Of a stretch of 64,000 nucleotides of DNA, positions 27,192-35,664 are shown piece after piece. Within the stretch, counting starts at the first letter, position 1. Each line of letters opens with the position of its first letter. Source of the DNA: Candidatus Latescibacterota bacterium. GTDB taxonomy: Bacteria; Latescibacterota; UBA2968; UBA8231. A program made the translations under genes and the position numbers. The notes below the pieces were generated by a model, which was given only the letters and a program-made list of their open reading frames with translations, was not told the DNA's origin and did not search any database. The stretch is taken from the NCBI GenBank assembly GCA_965243025.1, contig CBDETY010000003.1, forward strand, positions 4,768,001-4,832,000, read 5' to 3'.

Positions 27192-28436
27192 ATGAACGTC
27201 GTCCTCTACGAAGACGGAGGCTGGCCGCGGCTGCTGCCGCTCGTCTACACCCGCGCCGTCTTCCAACTGCGCTGCGGCATGGGAGACCTGCTGTCCCAGG
27301 TCCGTTTCCTGCTGCGGGACCAGCCTGCAGCGGATCTCTCCCTTTGCTGCCGGCCCGGGCTCGCCGGCCTCGTGAGGGAACAGACCGGCCTGCCCGTAAA
27401 CGGGAAGCCGGCCGGACCGTCCCTGCTGCTGAACGGCCGCGCCCTGTGGTCCTCCCTGCCCGAATGCGAAGAAGACGGAAAGCCCTGGGTCGGCACCGCG
27501 CAGGGAGGTACCGCCTGCGTCTTTGCCGATTCCGGGCTCACCGGTGCGCTCGCGGCCGAAAACCTGCAGGAGGGCGCCGCGTTTTCCCGGTTGCTCGAGG
27601 GCCTCCCGCGCCGCGACGCAGGCGGCAATTGCCGGCTGTTCTCCTGGCCTTGGGAAGTCGTCGGGGCCAACGCCGACGCCATGATCTCCGGCTGGGAGCG
27701 GCTCGGGCTGGGGCGCCCGGAGCGGGGCGAGATCGGACCGGGAGTCACCGTGCTGGGGGAAGATGTTTTCGCCGCCGGGTCCGCCCGCATCGACCCGGGA
27801 GCGGTCGTCGACAGCCGCGGCGGACCCGTTTACATCGACGCCGGCGTCCGCGTGCGGCCGCACGCCTTCATCGAGGGGCCGGCCTGCATCGGTCCCGGCA
27901 GCATCCTGCAGCCGCACGCCTGCGTCCGCGGCGGCACCACCCTGGGGCCGGCCTGCCGGGTCGGAGGGGAGGTCGAGGCCAGCATCCTGCAGGGGTACGG
28001 CAACAAGCAGCACTTCGGCTATCTCGGCCACAGCTACCTCGGCTCGTGGACCAACCTCGGCGCCGGCTGCACCAACAGCGACCTCAAGAACACCTATGGC
28101 ACGGTGCGCGTGCCCGTAAACGGCGAGGTGGTGGAGACCGGCGAGCGCTTCGTCGGCATGGCGATGGGGGACCACTCCAAGGCGGGGATCGGGGTCTGCT
28201 TCCCGACCGGGGCGGTCGTCGGGTTCAGCTCCAGCGTCGCCGCGGCGCGGCCGCCCGGATTCGTGCCCAGCTTCACCTGGATCGACGGCGACCGGGTCGA
28301 GCCCTACGACCGGGAACGGGCGCTCGCGGTGGCGAGGAGGGTGGTGGCGAGGCGGGATTGCCGCATGAGCGCCGAGGAGGAGAGGGTGTTCTCGTCAGTC
28401 GCCGGCGAGGCCGAACGGCTGGAGAAGGTGCCGTAG
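27192..28436 (+). CDS. GlmU-like sugar-nucleotidyl/acetyltransferase with hexapeptide repeats (alternative bacterial type)
   Basis: LLPLVYTRAVF.LRCG, left-handed beta-helix, NKQHFGYLGHS, NSDLKNTY; next to glmS. Confidence 0.85.
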   Translation: MNVVLYEDGGWPRLLPLVYTRAVFQLRCGMGDLLSQVRFLLRDQPAADLSLCCRPGLAGLVREQTGLPVNGKPAGPSLLLNGRALWSSLPECEEDGKPWVGTAQGGTACVFADSGLTGALAAENLQEGAAFSRLLEGLPRRDAGGNCRLFSWPWEVVGANADAMISGWERLGLGRPERGEIGPGVTVLGEDVFAAGSARIDPGAVVDSRGGPVYIDAGVRVRPHAFIEGPACIGPGSILQPHACVRGGTTLGPACRVGGEVEASILQGYGNKQHFGYLGHSYLGSWTNLGAGCTNSDLKNTYGTVRVPVNGEVVETGERFVGMAMGDHSKAGIGVCFPTGAVVGFSSSVAAARPPGFVPSFTWIDGDRVEPYDRERALAVARRVVARRDCRMSAEEERVFSSVAGEAERLEKVP

Positions 28437-28601
28437 AAAGGGCGAGCCCGACGCGAACTCGGGATTCGGCGAATCGGCGGATCCGGGCGCCGTCCGAGCT
28501 CCCGGCTCCCCCGGGGCTTGTTTCCGCTGACAGGCTGCCCGCCCGGGCTGACGGTTTAATTGCCCGGGATCTGAGGAAACGAAGCGGCTTCTCCCGGGCC
28601 T

Positions 28602-29516
28602 TCAGGCACGCGGCCCGCGCGCCGCGACCGCGATCCCGGCCGCCACCAGGACCATGCTCGCCAGCAGCATCCAGGACAGCTCCTCTCCCACCAGCAGCGC
28701 GCTCAGGGCCACCCCCGCCACCGGAGTCGTGAACGCGAACACCCCGAGCTGGCTGGCGCTGTGCCGGCGCAGCAGGAAAACCCACGAGATGAAACAGAGC
28801 CCGGCGACCACGACCCCCTGGTAGAGCACGGCGGCGACGACCTCCGGGGTGAAGTCCCAGGCCGCCTCCCTCTCGAGCCAGACAGAGGCCGCGGCGAACA
28901 TCGGCAGGCTCAGCAGCGACTGCCAGAACAGCACCTTGTAGGGGTGAAAGCCGCGCACCATGCGCTTCATCACCGTCTGCCGCAGCCCAAGCAGCAGGGC
29001 GCTGCCGAGAATCATCAGGTCCCCGGCGAGGTAGCCGGCGTCGGCGAGCGACAGCGACTCCGCGAAGATCAGCACGACCCCGGCGAAGGCGAGCAGAATG
29101 CCTGCGACCTTGGCGGGGGTGAGGCGGTCGCCGGGAACGAAGAAGTGGCAGAAGAGGGCGAGGAAGAACGGGTGCGCCGAAATCGTGACGCTGGCGCGGC
29201 TGGCGGTCGTGTGGAAGACTCCCTGGTTGAGCAGGCCGATCTGCACCAGGAAGAGGAGGGCGAGGAAGAGCAGCTGCCGCCGCTCTCCCGGGCGGGTCTT
29301 CAGCGGCTCCCGCGACGCGGCCGCCGCGGCTCCCACCACCAGCAGGCCGATGGCGAAACGGGCCCCGGCCATCGCCAGCGGGGGCATCCCCTGCAGGCCG
29401 ATCTTGATGAATACCTGGTTGCCCCCCCACAGGAGGGAGGCCAGCAGCGCGAGACCGGCGGCGCCGGCCCCTATGCGTTCGGCGCTGTACGGGGCAGAAA
29501 CCGCCGCTCCGCTCAA
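28602..29516 (-). CDS. DMT/EamA transporter
   Basis: Ten TM segments, LWGGNQVFIK, ARF; TTG start overlapping the cyclophilin stop. Confidence 0.88.
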   Translation of the reverse strand: MSGAAVSAPYSAERIGAGAAGLALLASLLWGGNQVFIKIGLQGMPPLAMAGARFAIGLLVVGAAAAASREPLKTRPGERRQLLFLALLFLVQIGLLNQGVFHTTASRASVTISAHPFFLALFCHFFVPGDRLTPAKVAGILLAFAGVVLIFAESLSLADAGYLAGDLMILGSALLLGLRQTVMKRMVRGFHPYKVLFWQSLLSLPMFAAASVWLEREAAWDFTPEVVAAVLYQGVVVAGLCFISWVFLLRRHSASQLGVFAFTTPVAGVALSALLVGEELSWMLLASMVLVAAGIAVAARGPRA

Positions 29517-30172
29517 TCGACGATGGTGGCGGTGCGGATGTAGTCGAGGTTGGGGTAGAGCTTCTCGAGGTACTTGTTCCCCTTCTGGGCGATCTGCCCC
29601 TGGTTGGGGGTCCGCTTTTCGTACTCGGGATTGATCGCCTGGACCGCATCCATCCCCGAGACCACCTTGCCGAACGCGGCGAACTTCTGGCCGTCGAGGT
29701 TGGTGTTGTCGGCGAGGTTGATGAACACCTGCACGGTGCGGTTGTTCTTTCCCCGCCCCGGCTTGGCGTAGGTTATGGTGCCGACCTCGTTCCCCTGTTT
29801 GACCGGGTCGTCCGGAATCCTCGCACCGTGCCACTTAGCCGTCACTTCCGGGTCCCCGTGCATCCCCCACTGGACGATGAACCCCGGGATCACGCGGAAG
29901 AAGCGGGTGCCGTTGTAGAAGCCGTTCCTCACCAGGTTGTAGAAGCGGTCCGCCCCGTGCGGAGCCCAGTCCCTCGTCACCTCGATCACGAAGTCCCCGG
30001 CCGAGGTCTCGAACTTCGCCTTGAACGATGCCGGGGCCGTCTTGTTCATCTCGGGGCCGTCGGGATTCATCAGCGCCTCCAGGTTGGCCTCACCGGTTGT
30101 CGCCCCTTCTTCTTCCTGGCAACCTCCGGCGACGATTCCGACCGCGGCGGCCGCAGCCAGTATGCGTTTCAT
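29513..30172 (-). CDS. Cyclophilin-type peptidyl-prolyl isomerase lipoprotein
   Basis: Lipobox VAGGC; FFRVIPGFIVQWG, QVFINL.DN, FGKVVSGM. Confidence 0.92.
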   Translation of the reverse strand: MKRILAAAAAVGIVAGGCQEEEGATTGEANLEALMNPDGPEMNKTAPASFKAKFETSAGDFVIEVTRDWAPHGADRFYNLVRNGFYNGTRFFRVIPGFIVQWGMHGDPEVTAKWHGARIPDDPVKQGNEVGTITYAKPGRGKNNRTVQVFINLADNTNLDGQKFAAFGKVVSGMDAVQAINPEYEKRTPNQGQIAQKGNKYLEKLYPNLDYIRTATIVD

Positions 30173-30189
30173 CTTTCATCCTCCTGCTT

Positions 30190-30558
30190 TCAGTTCAAAC
30201 TTCTCGCAGATCTGCCCGGTGCACCGTATCGGTTCACGCCGTCCGTACCCCTCCGAAAAAACAGTTCAAAGGACAAGAACCAACCTATCATCGGGATCAT
30301 GTACAAAAGCGCGTACTTGCCGGAAAAATCGAAGTCATGGGCCCGGCGGACGGCAGAAGTCCAGCCCGTCCAGATCATCAGTAAAACCCATATCCATAAC
30401 CCTGCCGATTTTATGGTGTCCCCGAAGACGGGAAGTACGACAATCAGGCATATCAGGATGCACCATGGGAGAAGGAAGGAAAAAAGAAAAAACCTGCCTC
30501 GTCCCATGCGGCCATCGATCCATAGATGATTCCCCAGAAAACCCGTGATCCGTTGCAC
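30190..30558 (-). CDS. DUF805 membrane protein
   Basis: GRMGR..F, AVRRAHD..SG, GT.GVNRYG; lower GC than neighbours; start uncertain. Confidence 0.8.
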   Translation of the reverse strand: MQRITGFLGNHLWIDGRMGRGRFFLFSFLLPWCILICLIVVLPVFGDTIKSAGLWIWVLLMIWTGWTSAVRRAHDFDFSGKYALLYMIPMIGWFLSFELFFRRGTDGVNRYGAPGRSARSLN

Positions 30559-30584
30559 ACCCGACACGGTTCCGGGGTCCTCCT

Positions 30585-32843
30585 TCACAAGCCGGCGACG
30601 GCGGCGGTGATCGCCCGCGCCGTGATGCCGAAGTGTTCCCACGTTTCCATGTGCCCCTCGGAAGGGGCGATGCGCGGGTCGGTGATCCCTATGTGCGCCC
30701 GCGGCAGCCCGGGTTTCGCCGCGCCGGCGACCAGTCCGGCGAAGCCGCGGAGACCGGTCCGCGCGGTGCCGATGAATCCGTCCTCGACCGTCACCACCCC
30801 GCGGGTGTACCGGGCAAGCAGCTTCTCGAGAGCCGACGGCGACAGCGGCAGTCCGTTGACGACGTGGACGTCGGCGGCCATCCCCTTCTTCTCCAGCCGG
30901 GCCGCGGCCTCCGCCCCGAGGAAGGCAGGAGCCCCGAAGGCGAGAATGGCGCGCCTGGCGCCCGGCCAGGTCCGGTACGTGGTGACCGGCTCCCAGCCGT
31001 CGTCAGCCTGCCACAGCGGCCCCGAGCCGTCCTGCCTTGCGAGAACCGGCAGCTCGTCGCGCGGGATTCCGATCACGTGCCCGCCGTAGTGGGCGGCGAG
31101 GTCGCGGACCGCGACGAAGGCGGCGCGGGCGTCCGCGGGGGCGTAGAACCGATGCAGGTAGGGCAGGTAGGTCAGGCCGACGTTGATCCAGTCCAGCCCC
31201 CACCCGGAAAAGTGGTCGCGGCCGGTGCAGGCGCCGACGTGCGACAGGTGGTAGGCGACGTTCAGGCCTTCGTTGACGCCGGTGAGGTTGCGCTGGTAGC
31301 GCCACATGTCGAAGCCCTCGCGGGCGATCCCCTCGAAGAAGGCGGCGAAAGTGGAAATCACGTTGAGCTGGGGCTCGGCGCTGCTCATCGCCAGTCCGTT
31401 GGCCAGCAGGGCGGATGCCTGTTCCTCGATGCTCATCTCGAACTGGTGGTCGGGCGCCAGAAAAGCCCGGGCCTTGGCGAGCTTGGTCGAGGCGTCGAGG
31501 TCGCAGCTGACGACGAAAACGCTCTCCGGGTGCGCCCCGGCCACCGCGGCGTACCCGGCCTCCGAGCCGGCCCGCGGGCTGACCTTCTCTCCTGCCGCCG
31601 GCAGCTCGACGGCCTCCAGGGCTTCCGCCGGCAGGACGAGGTTGGGACTGCCCGCTTTTGGCCGCGCCCTCGTGACCACGGTCCGCCTTGGGGCGCCGGC
31701 CGCCGCCGCCAGCGCCTTCCGCTGCCTTGCGGTCTCGCGGAACATCGGGTTGGAGAGCACCTCGCCGGCGTCGCGGCCCTTCATGTGGCCGTCGTGGTGC
31801 CCCTCGCCCCCCGGCAGCCGGTTGACGAGGAACAGGCACTCCAGCATCGGGACGAGGTCGCGGTAGCTCATCAGCGATCCGGGCACCCAGATCTCGCGGT
31901 CCATGAGGACGCCGTTGGCGCGCGCGAACTTCCGGGTCTCCCGCCTTATCCCGTGCTGCCCGGCGAACCAGTCGAGGGTGACGGACTCGCCGCCCCCCGA
32001 CCTGTGGCCCGTGGGGTAGATCAGGTTCGGCCGCCCCTCCTGCGCGAGGCGGTAGCCCTCGCGGTAGGCTTCGTACAGCCTGGCGCTGTCGTGCAGCGCC
32101 GGTATCTCGATGATGCTGATCCCCAGCGCCTCGATGATCGGACGCGGGTCCTTGTCCATGATGCTGTGCGTCGCCCCGGAAAGCTGGATGCCGTTGCGGT
32201 GCATCACGAAGGTGATGGGGGCCCCGGCTACGTCGGCGCCGTTGAACCCGTTGAGGGCCTGCCCCGACACCCAGCCGGCGTCGCCGCAGTGGGTGATGAC
32301 CCAGGCGCGGCCGTGGCGGGCGCGCTTGCCGAGGGCCTGCCCGACGGCGACGGGGATCATCACCCCGAGGCGTCCGCCGTTGAGCTGGGTCCCCCCGGGC
32401 AGCCAGGAGACGTGGCCGGGAAAATCCAGGCCGCGGCGGAAGCCCTCGACTACCGCCTCTTCGCCGACGAACCCGAAGGCGGCGAGGCCGGCGTAGTAGC
32501 CGATGCTGGTGTGGGCGTGCTCGATGGTGTACTCGACGCGCTCGTAGTCGGTGCAGCTCAGGGTCAGCAGCAGGCCGGGAATCAGCTCGAGGCCGCCGCC
32601 GAGGTGATCGAGCTCGCCGATGGCCGCCAGGGAGGCGAGGGAGCGGATCGCGGTGCGGGCGGACTGGATCTGCAGCGCCTCGAGAAGGTCGGCCTGGGCC
32701 CGGGTCAGCCTCTCCTGGGAGTCGACGTCGATCTGCAGCGGCAGCACCTCGGAGGCAACTTCCGCTCCGAGGTAGCTGACGGACCTGAGCAGCTTCCGGT
32801 TGCGCCGCTCCTGACCCTGGATTCCCGCTCGCAACCCGTTCAT
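30585..32843 (-). CDS. Divergent single-chain transketolase-family TPP enzyme
   Basis: DHLGGG, EHAH, FPGHV, CGDAG...HRNG TPP motif, DLDAST, SIEEQ, STFAAF, VTVEDG. Confidence 0.8.
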   Translation of the reverse strand: MNGLRAGIQGQERRNRKLLRSVSYLGAEVASEVLPLQIDVDSQERLTRAQADLLEALQIQSARTAIRSLASLAAIGELDHLGGGLELIPGLLLTLSCTDYERVEYTIEHAHTSIGYYAGLAAFGFVGEEAVVEGFRRGLDFPGHVSWLPGGTQLNGGRLGVMIPVAVGQALGKRARHGRAWVITHCGDAGWVSGQALNGFNGADVAGAPITFVMHRNGIQLSGATHSIMDKDPRPIIEALGISIIEIPALHDSARLYEAYREGYRLAQEGRPNLIYPTGHRSGGGESVTLDWFAGQHGIRRETRKFARANGVLMDREIWVPGSLMSYRDLVPMLECLFLVNRLPGGEGHHDGHMKGRDAGEVLSNPMFRETARQRKALAAAAGAPRRTVVTRARPKAGSPNLVLPAEALEAVELPAAGEKVSPRAGSEAGYAAVAGAHPESVFVVSCDLDASTKLAKARAFLAPDHQFEMSIEEQASALLANGLAMSSAEPQLNVISTFAAFFEGIAREGFDMWRYQRNLTGVNEGLNVAYHLSHVGACTGRDHFSGWGLDWINVGLTYLPYLHRFYAPADARAAFVAVRDLAAHYGGHVIGIPRDELPVLARQDGSGPLWQADDGWEPVTTYRTWPGARRAILAFGAPAFLGAEAAARLEKKGMAADVHVVNGLPLSPSALEKLLARYTRGVVTVEDGFIGTARTGLRGFAGLVAGAAKPGLPRAHIGITDPRIAPSEGHMETWEHFGITARAITAAVAGL

Positions 32844-33216
32844 GGACCCTGAATCGAACCGCCGGCGGTCATGCCGGGAACTGCTGGCACGCCGGCCGGT
32901 ATGGCCGGCGAGTTGTGGGTGAACATATGATGTAACTCGTTGTTTTTCCGCGCTTTGAAATACTCGGATCGCAGCGGTCAGGCACCCCCCGCGCGAACGG
33001 GAAGTTCGCCGATGCACCTCCTGTTTGCAAGCAGCCGACCGACCCTGTGCATGCCGGTGGCGACCTTCATGGAGCTTGTGCAGGATTGAAAGACGGGAAA
33101 GAGTTGATAAACCTGCGCGCTTCCCGGCGCCGGTTGACTCGACCTGGTAGGAGCCGGCCGCCTGGAACTCGTCGAGGATGGTCGGAACGGTCAAGGTTTT
33201 ATCCCGGGGTGATTCC

Positions 33217-34242
33217 TCATCGATCCCGGGGCTGAAACTGATCCGCCAGGTGCTCCGCCCAGGAGCGGTTGGCGTCGGCGGTGCGCCCGGCGATATGGGG
33301 CGTGTGCACGACGTTGTGCCTGCCGATCAGCGGGTCGTCCGGCGGCAGCGGCTCGCTGTCGAAGACGTCGGCGGCGAGGCTCAGCTCGTCGGCGAGCACC
33401 CGGCGCCGCAGCGCCGCCATGTCGCAGATCCCCGCCCGGGTCACCAAGACTACCAGGCAGCCGGAAGGCAGGGCGTCGATGTGGTCAACGGTTACCAACC
33501 CCCTGGTCGAACCGGTGAGGGGAACCATCGGCGCGAACACCTCGGCATCCTCCACCAGGCGCGCCAGGTGGTGCTCGCGGCGGGCGCCGGCGCGGTGAAA
33601 GGCCGGTTCGGCGGCAAACGGATCCCAGGCTGCGACCTCGGCCCCCAGGGCGCTCGCGAAGCCGGCGTAGCGGCTGCCGATGTTGCCGGCGCCGACCACC
33701 CGCACCCGCTTGCCGGCGAGGGTCCCGTTGGTGAAGGCGGAATCGTCGCTGTACTGCGCCCCCCGCTGCCCCGGGGCGCCGATGCCTCCGGGCGGGCGCC
33801 AGTCCCAGTCGGGTGCGCCGGTGGCGATCCCGGTGTGCAGCTGCGGAATGCGGCGCAGCGCGCACAGGGTGAGGGCCAGCCCGCACTCGGCGACCGACTG
33901 TCCCCAGAACCCCTCGGACAGCGGCCTGTACAAGACCACACCCCTGTCGGCGAGCGCCGCCTCGCAATCGCCGCCAAGCCGGTTGGGCGGCCCCTGGAAG
34001 GTCGCCTCCCGCAGCGACGGAAACGCCTCGAGGCAGTCGAGGGTGACGCGGACCCCGAGGCAGGCGAGCCTGCGCACCGGGGCTGCCTGTTCGCCGGCCA
34101 CCTCCCCCAGGGGGCGGTCGTCCCCGTGGGCCAAGCGCCGGAATCCGACCGCTCCCTGCCGTTGCCACAGGTCGCGGAAGTGGTCGGCCGCCCAGGGCCA
34201 ACCGCCGTCGAAACCGCTGTGCACGGCGATGAAGCTGTCCAT
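33217..34242 (-). CDS. D-isomer 2-hydroxyacid dehydrogenase
   Basis: SVAE, GAGNIG, WDP, VTRAG, DVFDSEP, TPHIAG. Confidence 0.88.
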   Translation of the reverse strand: MDSFIAVHSGFDGGWPWAADHFRDLWQRQGAVGFRRLAHGDDRPLGEVAGEQAAPVRRLACLGVRVTLDCLEAFPSLREATFQGPPNRLGGDCEAALADRGVVLYRPLSEGFWGQSVAECGLALTLCALRRIPQLHTGIATGAPDWDWRPPGGIGAPGQRGAQYSDDSAFTNGTLAGKRVRVVGAGNIGSRYAGFASALGAEVAAWDPFAAEPAFHRAGARREHHLARLVEDAEVFAPMVPLTGSTRGLVTVDHIDALPSGCLVVLVTRAGICDMAALRRRVLADELSLAADVFDSEPLPPDDPLIGRHNVVHTPHIAGRTADANRSWAEHLADQFQPRDR

Positions 34243-35304
34243 CTACTCTCCCTCCCAGTAATCGACGGCGTCCCGCTTCCGGAAGATGCGGGAGCCGGGC
34301 CCACCGACGAAGTTGATCTTGTCCGAGTCGGGGTACTCGGCGACGTCCCCCTGCCGGCGGTCGCCGAGAGCGAGCAGCTCGCAGGGCTCGTCCCCTTCGT
34401 TCGTGAACTTGTGGGCGCCGCCCGGTCCCGGCGGAAAGGCGATGAAATCCCCTTTCCGAACCGGCCGCTTGCCCCGCGGCGTGACCAGGGTGCACTCACC
34501 CTCGACGGCGAAGAACAGCTCTTCGGCGCGGTGGTGGAAATGAAGGGGAAAGGTCGACTGTCCCGGCGGCAGGCGGATCAACCGGTAGCCGAGGTTGCGG
34601 GCGCCGACGAGGGCGTCGATCTCCCTGGCGTCCCACGCGTACCCTTCGCGGCGCGAACAAGGAGTCCAGTCCACCTCCCCGCTGTTGATCTGGTTGATGT
34701 AGATGTCCGTTCGCCTTTCGAGGCACTCGAGCAGCCGCTCCCTGGCGTCCCGCATGACCGAGTGGCCGTCGCCGACGACGATGGCGTCGAAATCGAGCGC
34801 CAGCAGCTTGCGCACTTCCAGGGCCGCCGCCGGAGGGTCTTCCAGGACGTCGTCCATCAACAGCGAGAACCGCCCCACCGGCGCTCCCACCACGAGGTCG
34901 CTGGCGAGGATGGTCCGCTTCTCAGGCCAGTACAGGGCGATCTCCCCGGCGCTCTTCCCGAAGCGGAGGTGCACCGCCCGCAGCCCGGGCAGGATCTCCT
35001 CGCCGTCGCCGACGGTGCGGTCGACCTGCGCTTCGATACCCTCCACGTCTTCGGGGTGAGCGACGACCTGGGCCCCGCAGCGCTCGCGGAATGCGGCGGC
35101 TTCCCGCTGGTGGTCCCTGTTGGTCACGACGATCCACTTCGCGCCCCCGAGATCGTCGAGCTGCCGCAGGTCCGACTCGATCATCGGCACCGGATCGATC
35201 AGGACGTTGCCTCCCTCCCGGACCCAGAGGTGGCCGTTGAAATCGATCTGCCGGCGCTCGCTGAACTCCGACCAGCAGAACAGGTCGTCGAATACCGCTT
35301 TCAT
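34243..35304 (-). CDS. Degenerate MBL-fold domain fused to a cupin
   Basis: LIDP, VTNRDHQR, SD, GDGH; cupin HFHHRAEE, FPPG..GAH, YPDS; GAGGAGG RBS. Confidence 0.8.
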   Translation of the reverse strand: MKAVFDDLFCWSEFSERRQIDFNGHLWVREGGNVLIDPVPMIESDLRQLDDLGGAKWIVVTNRDHQREAAAFRERCGAQVVAHPEDVEGIEAQVDRTVGDGEEILPGLRAVHLRFGKSAGEIALYWPEKRTILASDLVVGAPVGRFSLLMDDVLEDPPAAALEVRKLLALDFDAIVVGDGHSVMRDARERLLECLERRTDIYINQINSGEVDWTPCSRREGYAWDAREIDALVGARNLGYRLIRLPPGQSTFPLHFHHRAEELFFAVEGECTLVTPRGKRPVRKGDFIAFPPGPGGAHKFTNEGDEPCELLALGDRRQGDVAEYPDSDKINFVGGPGSRIFRKRDAVDYWEGE

Positions 35305-35664
35305 GCTTCGCCTCCTCAACCGGGTGTATGCCGGGAAACCTTCGTTGAATTCTGTCACCGGAGGGCATCGTGCCTTCGAAGTTCCGTGGCGCGGATGTCC
35401 GGGTGTGGCTGATCATGCGGCACCGGCAGGCGGCGATTTCCCGCCCCGGAACATTCGCGATACCGGTTCGTTGACCCTGCCATGCCCCCGGTTATCTTCC
35501 GGCCCTTCCTGGACCGGGAGGTGAAAATAGCGGATACGGGCGCCCCGGGTCTGCCGGCCCTCCGACCCACGATGCAGGCAAGACGCCACCCGGCCATGGC
35601 CGGCCGCAGCCAAAAACCAGCCCCTTCCTCCCAATCCGCCCTCCGAAAAACCCGAAAGAGACGA

